64,000 nt of DNA from an uncultured bacterium. Its GTDB lineage: Bacteria; Babelota; Babeliae; Babelales; Babelaceae. Shown piece after piece: positions 24,146-34,258 of this stretch (position 1 is its first letter; each line of letters starts with the position of its first letter). The position numbers and the translations under genes are program-made. Under the pieces are notes generated by a model. The model searched no databases, had not been told where the DNA came from, and saw only the letters and a list, made by a program, of their open reading frames with translations. Location of the stretch: the NCBI GenBank assembly GCA_963819815.1, contig CAWFXL010000001.1:1-64000 (forward strand), in the 5' to 3' direction.

Positions 24146-24807
24146 TTTCCCCTCGCTTTGGTGGTGTCGCGCAGAACCAGAGAGTCCTGTCGCGTCGTGC
24201 CGAATTCATCGATCGTGAAAACGACGGTGGTGTAGCGGATGTTCGAAACCCGCATGCGCCCGAGCGTGGACCCCGTCGTCACACGGTACTGAGCGTTGGT
24301 GCCCACATCGCGAAGCGTCGCAACCGAGTGACGCCCCGAGTGGTCGTACAACACGCCGGTCAAGCGAAGGTCGCTGATGGCCGGGCGCAGTTCATTCGTC
24401 GTGAGCAGAGAGTTGAACGGATCGCGCCGTCCGTCGGCGCCATATTCGAACGACTCGCGGTAGATCGTCGGCGGCGGGCTGGCGGTGTCCGGCGCCGGCG
24501 CGGCAGCCACCGCTTTGCCGCTCTTGTCAGCGGCGTGGGCGGGGGCACCCTTCGTGGTCGACGCCACCTTCATGTTCTTGGCGGGCGTCGGTGCGGCCGG
24601 CGTCACGGTCTTCGTCGGAGCAGGCGTCGTCGCGGCCGGAGCGGCCTTTGCCACGACACCTTCAGGATGCTGCTCGGCTTCGGTGTGCGCGTTGGTCGCC
24701 GCCACTGCTTTCTGCGTCGCCTTGCGCGCGTTCGCGAGCGGATCCTGCGCGCCGGACGTACGAGAGACGACGACGAGCGCCGCGCTGAGAATGAACGCGC
24801 GCATCAC
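24142..24807 (-). CDS. pilP: PilP-like pilus assembly protein
   Basis: Position between pilO and pilQ; signal peptide; Y..GRRDPF..L and LRLTGVL motifs. Confidence 0.65.
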   Translation of the reverse strand: MMRAFILSAALVVVSRTSGAQDPLANARKATQKAVAATNAHTEAEQHPEGVVAKAAPAATTPAPTKTVTPAAPTPAKNMKVASTTKGAPAHAADKSGKAVAAAPAPDTASPPPTIYRESFEYGADGRRDPFNSLLTTNELRPAISDLRLTGVLYDHSGRHSVATLRDVGTNAQYRVTTGSTLGRMRVSNIRYTTVVFTIDEFGTTRQDSLVLRDTTKARGK

Positions 24808-25421
24808 GGTGCACCTACCTTCGATGACGACGGCTGCTTCACGGAGGTGTGAGCGACATAGGTCTGGATGCCGAATTTCGCATCGAGGAACTGCTCGTTC
24901 TTTTTCGCCCTGCGCTCACCCTGTCGCGAGCTCGCGGTCAGCGTGAGGTTGATCGGCGAGACGATGCGCGGCATCGAACCGACATTGCCGAGGAACTCGG
25001 CCACCTGATGCCATGGGCCGGTCACGCCAATCTTGTAGCGATAGGTGTCGAACTGATCCCCGTTGACGACGCCGTCCGGCTGCACATCGGCCAGCTCGAG
25101 GCCCGCGCGACGCGCGGCCGTGGAGACCGACTCGAGCAGCGCGGGCACTTCGTTCTCCGTGGGCACGAGGCGACGCAGCACCTCGAGCTCGCGGCCGAAG
25201 GCATCGGCTTCCGTCTTCATCTTGGTCGCGCTGCCGCGGGCGACTTCGATCTTGCTGAGTTTGTTCAGCGAGTCGAGCGTATCGAGTCGGACCTCGATCG
25301 CCTGGAGGTCGTTGTTCTTCGGCGACCACACGAGCTGCTGGTACGCGGCGCCGAGGCCAACGGCCAACAGACCGAGGATGAGCAGCTTCTGATCGCGGGG
25401 GTTCTGTGGAAGGAGCGCCAT
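24804..25421 (-). CDS. pilO: Type IV pilus assembly protein PilO
   Basis: Single TM, coiled coil, LVPTENEVPALL, VTGPWHQVAEFL..VGSMPRIV. Confidence 0.88.
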   Translation of the reverse strand: MALLPQNPRDQKLLILGLLAVGLGAAYQQLVWSPKNNDLQAIEVRLDTLDSLNKLSKIEVARGSATKMKTEADAFGRELEVLRRLVPTENEVPALLESVSTAARRAGLELADVQPDGVVNGDQFDTYRYKIGVTGPWHQVAEFLGNVGSMPRIVSPINLTLTASSRQGERRAKKNEQFLDAKFGIQTYVAHTSVKQPSSSKVGAP

Positions 25422-25423
25422 GG

Positions 25424-26182
25424 TTACCTCACCGACAGCGTGAGCGGCACGCGATGCAGCATCAGCGAATCCGGGCGGGTATACCCGATCGTGAGCTGGA
25501 ACTGCGCCACTTCTTTGCCCTGCTCCACCGCGAGCTCCGACTTGTCGAGCTGCACGTTGGAGAGGTATGGGGACGCTTCGAGGTCCTTCATGAAGCGCGT
25601 GACCGCCTGGATGTCGACCGTGCGACCTGAGATGCGGATCGAGATGTTGTCCTTCGGAATGGCCGTGTCCATGCGCCGCGGTACCTTGCGCTTCTTGGCG
25701 GCGGCCGACGTGTCTTCGGCAGCGCCCTTCGGCGTCACGACGACGTTGTTGCTGCCCTGCGGCGTGCCCGTGAACGACACGGCGGTGAGCCACGTGTACT
25801 GCGGCAGCGCGCGGCTGATCTCGTCGAGGACGTGCGGCCAGACGTAGCGGTCTTCGTCGATGCTGCGGATGACGTTGACCTGGCGGAGGAGCGTGTCGCG
25901 CGTGGCTTCGGCGCGGTAGCGATCCTTGAGGAAGTTCGCATAGCGCGTCGAGTCGCGGAGCGCGACTTCATGACGTTCGTTCAGCGTCGCTTCGCGTGTG
26001 CCCTGGAGCGTGTACAGGACGCCGACACCGACGGCGCTCACGATGAGCGCGGCGACGGAGCCGATCAGGAACTTGTCGCGAAGACGACCGGAGAAGCCTG
26101 CGGCGAAGGCGCCGAAGTCTACCGTTTTGGCGCGCGCGGCCTTCTTGCGTCCAGCGCCGGGGAGAAGATTGATTTCGATCAT
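25424..26182 (-). CDS. pilN: Type IV pilus assembly protein PilN
   Basis: MIEINLLP PilM-binding motif, TM segment, LDEISRALPQYTWLT. Confidence 0.92.
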   Translation of the reverse strand: MIEINLLPGAGRKKAARAKTVDFGAFAAGFSGRLRDKFLIGSVAALIVSAVGVGVLYTLQGTREATLNERHEVALRDSTRYANFLKDRYRAEATRDTLLRQVNVIRSIDEDRYVWPHVLDEISRALPQYTWLTAVSFTGTPQGSNNVVVTPKGAAEDTSAAAKKRKVPRRMDTAIPKDNISIRISGRTVDIQAVTRFMKDLEASPYLSNVQLDKSELAVEQGKEVAQFQLTIGYTRPDSLMLHRVPLTLSVR

Positions 26183-26223
26183 GGGCGTGGCCTCGGGGGC
26201 TTAGCTGCGGCCGTTCTGGGAGA

Positions 26224-27264
26224 TCATGCGACCTCCCGAAGCGCCAGACCGATGGGGAGCATCAGCAGCGGCGCAATCTCATCGGTGACGAGCGATGCGA
26301 GCGCACCGTCGCGGACCTTCAGGTTCGCGAGCGGGTTTGCCTGACGCACAGTGAGGCGCAGGCGCGCGGCGAGCATGTCATTGAGGCCCGGAATGCGTGA
26401 GCCACCACCGCAGGTATAGAGCGATCGCATGGCGCCGGCGCGCGAATTCTGCGCGAGATAGGCGGCGGCACGCTCGACACCGACAGCGATTTCTTCGCCG
26501 CGGCTTTCGATGACCGAGTCGAGGTGCGGCGAGCGATCGTACCCCTGCAAGAGCTGCTGCGCAGCTTCGGCGCTCAATCCGCGCTCGCGCTGCAGGTCTT
26601 CGCGAAAGCGGCGCGTACCCACGGTGAGATCACGCGTGAGGAGCGGAACGCCTTCATCGAGAATGTTGATGTTGGTGACGTCGTGGCCGATGTTGAGCAG
26701 GCCGACGACGCCGTTCATCGCGTCGGGGTGATTCACTTCGAACGCGTTGTGGAGCGCGAACGCTTCGACGTCGACGACAGCGGCGTCGAGTCCGGCGTCC
26801 GTACAGACACGAACCCGCGACTCGATCAGCTCGCGCTTGGCGGCGACGAGCAGCACGCTCATCTCGACGCCATCGGCATCGGGATCGAGAATCTGAAAGT
26901 CCAGCTCCACCGACTCCATGTCGAACGGCACATGCTGCTCGGCTTCCCAACGCATGAGCTCGCGCGCCTGCTGCTCTTTCACGCGCTCGATGGAGATTTT
27001 CTTGATGATGACGTCGCGACCGCCGACGGCGGTGACGACCGCCTTGCTGGTGATCTGCGCGCTGGCCAGCGCGGTCTGGATCGCATCGGCCACAATGCCG
27101 GGGTCCATGACTTCGCCCTCGACGATCGCGTCCGCGAGCAGCGGGGTCACCGTCACGCGAACCAACTCGGGTTCGCGCTTCGAATGGTCGATCACCGCGA
27201 CCTTGATCAATCCCGAACCGATGTCGAGACCGACGGTTGTTTTCTTCCGACCAAACAAAGCCAT
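26224..27264 (-). CDS. pilM: Type IV pilus assembly protein PilM (actin-like)
   Basis: VGLDIGSGLIK, WEAEQHVPF, LDFQIL, VLLVAAK, CGGGSRIPGL and IGLALR. Confidence 0.95.
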   Translation of the reverse strand: MALFGRKKTTVGLDIGSGLIKVAVIDHSKREPELVRVTVTPLLADAIVEGEVMDPGIVADAIQTALASAQITSKAVVTAVGGRDVIIKKISIERVKEQQARELMRWEAEQHVPFDMESVELDFQILDPDADGVEMSVLLVAAKRELIESRVRVCTDAGLDAAVVDVEAFALHNAFEVNHPDAMNGVVGLLNIGHDVTNINILDEGVPLLTRDLTVGTRRFREDLQRERGLSAEAAQQLLQGYDRSPHLDSVIESRGEEIAVGVERAAAYLAQNSRAGAMRSLYTCGGGSRIPGLNDMLAARLRLTVRQANPLANLKVRDGALASLVTDEIAPLLMLPIGLALREVA

Positions 27265-27466
27265 GGTAGTGCTCAGTGAGCGAGTGGACGGCTTGCTGGG
27301 AGACAGCAATCGCGAAATGCGATGACGGTAGGAACTACTTTCGTGCAATTCGACCGTGTCGTCTGTCGACGCGTCTTCGCGTCAACAAGCTGTCATTCCA
27401 CCCGAACACGACCGACAAACCAGCAGGTAACAGCAGAGTACGCTTACGTGATTGCCATCACAGGAT

Positions 27467-28426
27467 TTAGAAGATCTCTGTCCAACTTCGCTGTTGCACG
27501 ACGCGCAATTGTGAGATGCGTCGCAGTGCACGAGCGACAACACACGGCGAGAACTTCATCACACCGCCGCCAATATCGATTGCGAATTGTTCAATACTCG
27601 GCGTCGCAAACGACAGCAGTGCACCTGTGACCGACAACTCATTCGTGCTCACAACGATCGGTCCGCGAGCGATGATGATGCCGTTGAGCGTGAACGGTCC
27701 GACAATCGAAACACTTCCGTCCGCGATCATAACACCCTGGAACGAACTGTTGCTGATGACAGTATCGGCACGAACATGAATTGCTCCACTCGGGCTTTCG
27801 ACGACCTGCCGTTGCCACGTCGCTTGCGCGTAGTGCGCTGGATCACCAGCGCGCGCGTCGACCGCGCTGATCACGCTGTCCGCGGTCGTCACTGCCCCTC
27901 CGGGCGCCACCGTGACGGCGGCAAATGATGCCGCGGCGCAATCCGCGTCGGTCGAGGTGTCGGCGGTGACCGCCAGGCCCCCGCGCAGTCGAACCGCACC
28001 GCGCGCCATCAACGGAGACATCGGCAGGGGCACGAGAGGTCGCCAGCGTGCGACGAGATTGACGCGCCGACGTCCGACGTCGCGCCCCGACAGCTCCGCG
28101 TCGGCGACCAGCCAGAGCACATTGTCCGGCAGCCGCGTGACCGCGACGGTCGTGGCGATTGCCAGCGGTGAGCCCGCGTTCACTGCGAACGTGCTTGCGC
28201 GACCGAGCGGGAGATCAGCAAGCGCCGTTGACGTATCCGACAGAATCGTGTACACCGCAAAGTCGGCACTCGCCATCAGCGCCGCGTCCGATCGACTCGA
28301 TTCCGCCGAGCGTTGCGCCAACGTCGATGTCGATACCACGCCGCCGATGAGCAGGGCGATGAGCGCGACGATCACGATGGCCGCGAACAACGCGACGCCG
28401 CGCCGGCTCCTTCGAGGCGCGATCAT
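27467..28426 (-). CDS. PilX-like minor pilin
   Basis: RRG|VALFAAIVIVALIALL class III-like signal lacking Glu5; C-terminal SWTEIF. Confidence 0.7.
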   Translation of the reverse strand: MIAPRRSRRGVALFAAIVIVALIALLIGGVVSTSTLAQRSAESSRSDAALMASADFAVYTILSDTSTALADLPLGRASTFAVNAGSPLAIATTVAVTRLPDNVLWLVADAELSGRDVGRRRVNLVARWRPLVPLPMSPLMARGAVRLRGGLAVTADTSTDADCAAASFAAVTVAPGGAVTTADSVISAVDARAGDPAHYAQATWQRQVVESPSGAIHVRADTVISNSSFQGVMIADGSVSIVGPFTLNGIIIARGPIVVSTNELSVTGALLSFATPSIEQFAIDIGGGVMKFSPCVVARALRRISQLRVVQQRSWTEIF

Positions 28427-29313
28427 CGCCGATTGTGAAGCAAGATCCACTGCCCGGCGGAATCGACGCGCTTGGTGCCGCTGATGGAGAGCGCTCTCGA
28501 AACGCTGCGCGTCTGTCCACGGACATCGATGCGCACGAGGGCGATCGCTCTCGTGTCCACAACCGGTGGTGGAATCGTTGCCCCGATCGAATCGACATAC
28601 CGGAACCCGAGGCCGCGCGACGGCGGCGAGAGAAACGGACCGCTCACCGGTTGCACGGTGTTGAAGCGCGCAGTCACGTTGTTCCAGTCCCGCTGGCCGA
28701 GATACCACTGGCCATCGGATCCGCGGTACAGGCTATAGCGCATTGGACGCGTGATTCGAATCGGCGCGCCGAGCGGCCCGCTTGCCGTGAGCCCAGTGAG
28801 TGTGAGTGCGACGCGCGCCGTGGTGCGCGCGGCCGTACTCAGACGAGGACCGCGGCTCGCACAATCGCCCGGCGGCGCCGACGTCACCCCTGCGATCGGC
28901 AAGGGGCGCCATTCCTCAGCGGAGTCCGTCGCGGCGAGCACCCATGCGGTGTCCCCCGCCTCGATCGGCGATAGTACGCCGCCGTAGACGACTGCTCCAT
29001 CGCTCGGCGGAGAAAGCACGAGTCGACCGCCGCTCGTGTCGCAGCCGACCGACGTGGCGATCGTGGCGCGGATCTCGAACGACGTGTCTCGCGCTTCGCG
29101 AATGTCACCCGCAACGCTGGAGACTGCGCCCAGGTCGATTGGTAGAACCGAGAGCGCATCGCCGAGTTGCGCAGCGAGCGCGGTGTTCTCCTGGAGATCG
29201 CCAACGACTCGCTGCTGCCGTGCACTGATCGCCGCGACGAGCGCGAGTGCGATCCCAGCGATCACCACGGTGACCATGAGCTCGAGCAGCGTCACCGCTC
29301 GCCGCGCTAACAC
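28423..29313 (-). CDS. PilW-like minor pilin
   Basis: RRA|VTLLELMVTVVI prepilin motif. Confidence 0.75.
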   Translation of the reverse strand: MLARRAVTLLELMVTVVIAGIALALVAAISARQQRVVGDLQENTALAAQLGDALSVLPIDLGAVSSVAGDIREARDTSFEIRATIATSVGCDTSGGRLVLSPPSDGAVVYGGVLSPIEAGDTAWVLAATDSAEEWRPLPIAGVTSAPPGDCASRGPRLSTAARTTARVALTLTGLTASGPLGAPIRITRPMRYSLYRGSDGQWYLGQRDWNNVTARFNTVQPVSGPFLSPPSRGLGFRYVDSIGATIPPPVVDTRAIALVRIDVRGQTRSVSRALSISGTKRVDSAGQWILLHNRR

Positions 29314-29651
29314 GGGAGCCGCGTGTGAAGTGCGACGGCTTTGTCGACGCCGGCAACTGTGAACGTGACGCTGTCGAATATCTCGCGCACGCCGTTGACC
29401 GGCGACATCGCTCCCCAGAATTCGCGAATGCCTCCCGCGCTCGTCATCGCGCCGGTCGTCGCGGCACAAGCGCCCGCGCCAAGCAGTTGCAGACGGTCGA
29501 TGGCGAGACGAGCGGCAATCGTGCGTACGCGGACTTCTGTCGTCCGGCGCACCAACGTCGACCCGGCGGCAACGAGCGCGAGCAGCGCGACGTCGACGAG
29601 AACGACGGCGATCAGGACTTCGATGAGGGTGAACCCGCGGCGCCGACGCAT
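29307..29651 (-). CDS. PilV-like minor pilin
   Basis: RRG|FTLIEVLIAVVL prepilin motif, 114 aa. Confidence 0.8.
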   Translation of the reverse strand: MRRRRGFTLIEVLIAVVLVDVALLALVAAGSTLVRRTTEVRVRTIAARLAIDRLQLLGAGACAATTGAMTSAGGIREFWGAMSPVNGVREIFDSVTFTVAGVDKAVALHTRLPC

Positions 29652-29745
29652 GGCGCCAACCTACCGACGACGCCCGCTAGACTCGCATCAATCGAGCGCG
29701 TGCCGTGTCGCGCATTGGCAATCTCTGATCCCCCGAACGCAGCAA

Positions 29746-29777
29746 ACCCCCGGCGACGCTTTCGCGTGACCGGGGGC
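29746..29777 (-). terminator. Hairpin downstream of pilA
   Basis: CCCCCGG-cgacgc-tttc-gcgtga-CCGGGGG stem; followed by TTTG on the minus strand. Confidence 0.55.
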
Positions 29778-29846
29778 TTGGGACCAAGCACCTTTGCTCG
29801 GGGCTGGGCGCCGGGCCGAATGCCCGGTGCCAGTGTTCATCCAACT

Positions 29847-30234
29847 TTACTTACAAGCCGGCTCGCCTTCGGCCGCGGTCGGAATCGTCGGGTTGGTCGT
29901 GTTGATGCAGATACCGCAGGGCTGCGTCGCCGGCAGCTGCGAGTGCGTCACCGTCGCCGTCCAGAGGCCCGCGCCGGTCACGATCGCCGGCGAGCTGACG
30001 CCCGGTCGAGCTCTGGAACTTCAGGTCGGTGATCGTGGCCGTGTACTTCGAGCTGTCGGCGAAGAACGCCTCTTCAGCGGTGACCAGGTTGCGGAGGTCC
30101 GACTTCATCGCCGTGACGTACGCCTTCGACTTCGTGTTCGCGAACTTCGGAATCGCGATCGCGGCCAAGATGCCGATGATGACGACGACGATCAGAAGTT
30201 CGATGAGGGTAAAGCCCTTGCGCATTTTGAGCAT
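29847..30234 (-). CDS. pilA: Type IVa major pilin; one indel near 30,001
   Basis: KG|FTLIELLIVVVIIGILAAIAIPKF; removing one G restores ...SSTGVSSPAIVTGAGLWTATVTHSQLPATQPCGICINTTNPTIPTAAEGEPACK*. Confidence 0.9.
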
Positions 30235-30296
30235 GTCGATGGTTCCCGAGAAGGAGGTGAGGGGAAGCGTCCTGCTACTGCCCGGCGGGCATTATG

Positions 30297-30310
30297 GCAA
30301 CGTGCGGACC
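30297..30310 (-). promoter_or_regulatory. Putative sigma-54 (-24/-12) promoter of pilA
   Basis: Minus strand GG-TCCGCACGTT-GC (GG-N10-GC with TTGC) about 60 bp upstream of pilA; a PilR-type activator is encoded nearby. Confidence 0.6.
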
Positions 30311-30326
30311 CAACCGCTCCATCGAT

Positions 30327-30355
30327 GGCAAATCGCTGTATTACAACGACTTGCC
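30327..30355. promoter_or_regulatory. Imperfect palindrome upstream of the pilA promoter (IHF-like or activator site)
   Basis: GGCAAATCGCTGTA-T-TACAACGACTTGCC: 14-bp arms with 2 mismatches. Confidence 0.45.
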
Positions 30356-30361
30356 AACATT

Positions 30362-32124
30362 CTACGGCGGTGGATCGCCCGCCTTGCCTACTGCCTTTTG
30401 CACGGTATCTGGCAGTTTGCTAGGCGGGGCCCCGACTTCCGTCACCGGCCTATTCCCGGTGGAATCTCGATCACGCGTGCTCGCCATCGCCGCGACGTCG
30501 TAGGCGATGATCTGGTGCAGCAACGAAAACAGACCGCCGGCTCGAACCGCCTCGAGCGCCATTTCCTTCGACTCGCCGAATCGCCCTTGGTTCATCAAGC
30601 ACCAGGCGTATTCTGTGCGGCCGTCCAAGCGGAGTCGGCTCGATCTCGTGCGACCAACGATAGAGGGGAATCGCCGCGCGCACATGCCGCCTTCGCGGTA
30701 CGCCTCCGCCAGGTTGAAGGCCAGAAACGGGTCGTACGGGAAAAGGCGCATCCCTTCTCGGAGCTCCGATTCGCCAAGGCGTTCGCGTTGGTGCTGCACG
30801 TCCCACGCGCCGAGCATGAAGTACGCGCGATAGGACCGGGGCGAGTCGGCGACCGACTGGCGAAAGAGCGTTTCGTTGTCGCGCCACACGCGGGTCCGGT
30901 TCCGCTGCGGATCCCGGCGAGATCGAGTAGCGCCGCGCACGTCACCGGGGCGGCGAACGTCCACGCGCGGATCCGCGCGGGCGTGACGCTCAGCCCCTCG
31001 GCGATCGCGACGGCGAGCGCACCGACGAAGAACATCGCGCCGACGCTGGCGAGAAACATCGTGCGCTCGGCGACGACGATGCCCGCCGGGATCAGGAAAT
31101 TGCTCGACGGCAAGCAGCGCGAGGCACGCGAAGCGCGATGCCGAAGACATCACCGGTTGGCGTCGCCGCAACAGACATGCCGCCGCCACGATCGCGACAG
31201 GAGCAGGAAGCCCGGGAGTCTGGACGAAGCTCAGACCCTGCGCGATGTCGACGTCGGGCGGACCGTAGTCCGACGCCAGTCGCGCGGGCCAGAAGAACAG
31301 CCGCAGCCATTCGGGGACGACGCCCACCGCCGTCAGCACGCGATCACCGGGGTGATGCGGAGGACGGCGAACGGCGTGAACGGGGCGAATCCGCCGATCG
31401 AGTGGTCGGCGAGGACGATGCCGCGCGCGGCGAGGAATCCGAGGGCGACGGCGAGCATCCCGAGGTAGAACGGCCGCAGCATCCGCGCGCGGTCGCGCGG
31501 GAGCGCCGCGTCGGAGATGACGGTGAGCTCGGCGGCGACGAGAATCGCCGGGAGCACGATCCCGTGCTCCTTGGCGAAACAAGCCACGGCATAGAGCAGC
31601 AGAATCGCAAACCGCCGTCGGCACACGCAGCGTTCCCTGCATCCGGTCGCGAAGATAGAGGGCCGTGGCGGCCAGCACCGCGACAGCGACCGACAGCTCC
31701 GACTGGCCGACGACGTTGGCGACCGCTTCGACGTGCACGGGGTGTACCGCGAACAGCGCGGCGGCGACCCACGCGGCCCAAAGCGGCAAGCAACCGGCGA
31801 GCGACGAGGAACACGAGCCACGCCGCCAACGCGTAGAGACCGATGTTCACGGCGTGGAAGACCATCGGGATTCAGATGGCCGAGCACCGCACTCGACTCG
31901 AAAGCGAGAATGGTGAGCGGACGATAACCGTCGCCGCCGCCGGCACTTCGGCCAGTACGACAGGCGGAACACGTGCCACCAGCCGTGAAGGTCTTCGTCA
32001 CCGGATTCTGCTCGACGATGTACGCGTCGTCGTAGGTGAACCGTTGACGATGCCGATCGCCGACGACGCACAGCGCGAGCGAGCACGACCGACGGCGCCG
32101 CCGCGCGGCGCAGCGACCGCTCAT
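30362..32124 (-). CDS. TMTC-like GT-C membrane glycosyltransferase with C-terminal TPR; frameshifted
   Basis: [72 protein letters not shown], then TPR-like helices. Confidence 0.82.
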
Positions 32125-32880
32125 GAGAAGAGATTGAACTTGGTGATGTGCCAGAACGCCGCGATGCCGTCCTTCCATCCGATCTTCTTGCCTTCGGCGT
32201 AGGTGCGGCCCGAATAGGAGATCGGCACCTCGAAGATGCGCGCACCGGCGCGCGCGAGCCGCGCGGTGATCTCGGGCTCGAAGCCGAACCGGTTCGGCGT
32301 AGGAGCGGCGCAGCGAGCGCGCGATGTCGCCGCGCATCGCCTTGTAGCAGGTCTCCATGTCGGTGAGGTTGAGGTTCGTCAGCATGTTGCTGTACGTCGT
32401 GAGGCAGCGGTTGCCCACCGAGTGCCAGAAGTACAGCACGCGGTGCGGCCCGCCGAGGAAGCGCGAGCCGAAGCACGGCGTCGGCGCGCCCGTCGAGGAT
32501 CGGCTCGAGCAGCGCCGGGCCAGTCGTGCCGGGTCGTACTCGAGGTCGGCGTCCTGCACGATCACGACGTTGCCCGGTGCTCGCGGCGAGAGCGCCTGCG
32601 GATCGCCGCGCCCTTGCCGCGGTTTTCCTGGATGGCGGATCGAGCTGGTCGATGCGTCCCTGCGCGAGGAGCCGCTCGAGGATCTCGCTGCGTGCCGTCG
32701 GTCGAGTGGTCGTCGACGCAGATGATCTCCTTCGCGCATCGGCGTCGCGTGCACCTGATCGACGATGAGATCGATCGTGTCGCGCTCGTTGTAGACGGGC
32801 ACGAGCACCGAGAGCGTGACGACGGCGCGGTCGAGGGCGTGCGCGCGCGACGGTTGGGCGAGCGCGGGCCGATCGCTCAC
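32121..32880 (-). CDS. GT2 glycosyltransferase, DPM1/polyprenol-phosphate sugar synthase-like; frameshifted
   Basis: [44 protein letters not shown] and [22 protein letters not shown]. Confidence 0.88.
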
Positions 32881-34258
32881 GCTTCGACTCCGTAGCGCGA
32901 CGAGCTTGCGATACAGCGTCGACGGATCGATGCCGAGCACCTCGGCGGCGCGCGACTTGTTGCCGCTCTCGCTCTGCAGCACCCACATGATGTACGCGCG
33001 CTCGACCACCTCGAGCGTCGGGTTTGGCGGCGTGCGCGTCGACACGAGCGGCTCGGCGCGTCGCTCGGTGACGCGCTCCGGGAGCGCGCTGACGTCGAAT
33101 CTCGTCGCCTCGGCGTCAGGATCACCGCGCGCTCGAGCGCGTTCTCCAGCTCGCGCACGTTGCCGGGCCAGTCGTATACTCGATCATCACGTCGAGCGCC
33201 TCGTCGGTGAGGTGCTTCGGCTCGGCTTCCGCGCCGTCGGCGATGCGATGGAGGAAATGCTCGACGAGCAGCGGGATGTCGTCGCGCGCTGGCGCAGCGG
33301 CGGCAGGTGCAGCGCGATGACGTTCAGCCGGTAGAAGAGATCGCTGCGGAAGTTGCCGACGCGAATCTCCTCGTCGAGATCGCGGTTCGTCGCGGCGACG
33401 ACGCGCGTGTCGACCGGGAATGGCATCCGTCGCGCCGACGGGAATCACTTCGCGCTGCTGCAGCACGCGCAGCAGCTTCACCTGCGTCGCCGGCGTGGTC
33501 TCGCCGATTTCGTCGAGGAAGAACGTGCCCTTGGTCGCCGCGCCGAAGAGACCGATCTTGTCCTTGATGGCGCCGGTGAACGATCCCTTCACGTGACCGA
33601 ACAGTTCGCTCTCGAGCAGGCTCTCGGGAAGCGCGCCGCAGTTGATCGAGAGAAACGGCCCTTCGGTGCGCGTCGACAGCTCGTGGATGTAGCGGGCGAT
33701 GACTTCCTTGCCGGTTCCCGACTCGCCCTGAATGAGCACGGTGGAATCGGTCGGCGCCACGGTCTCGACGAGGCGCAGCACGTCGAGCCACGTCTTGCTC
33801 GTGCCGACGGCCGACGCGATCGCCCTGCCGCTCGTGGCGTCGAATCTCCTGCTTGAGCGACTTGTTCTCGACGCGAAGCTTCCGATGCTCGGCGGCGCGC
33901 CGCAGGATCGCGACCAGCTCGTCGTTGCGGAACGGCTTCTGGATGTAGTAGAACGCGCCCTCGTTCACCGCCTGCATCGCCGACTGCAGCGTGGCCTGCG
34001 CGGTCATGAGGATGACCGGCACGTCGGGATCGCTCTGCCGCGCGGCCGCGAGGATCTCGACGCCGCTCACGTTCGGCATGCGGATGTCGGTGAGCACGAT
34101 GTCCGGCGACAGCTCGCCGATGCGCTCGAGGCCCGCCTTGCCGCCGTGCGCGATGATGCGGGGCGAATCCCTCGTTGCGCAGCAGGATGTTGAGCGAGTC
34201 GAGAATGCCCGTTTCGTCGTCGACGACGAGCACGCTCGGCTTGGATGCAATCGGTCAC
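32877..34258 (-). CDS. pilR: Sigma-54-dependent response regulator (PilR/NtrC type); frameshifted
   Basis: Receiver [73 protein letters not shown]. Confidence 0.85.

Noticed and set aside
29847..30234. Conductive e-pilin
   Set aside because: Tyr27 is absent, the globular domain is aromatic-poor, and no cytochrome genes are in the window.
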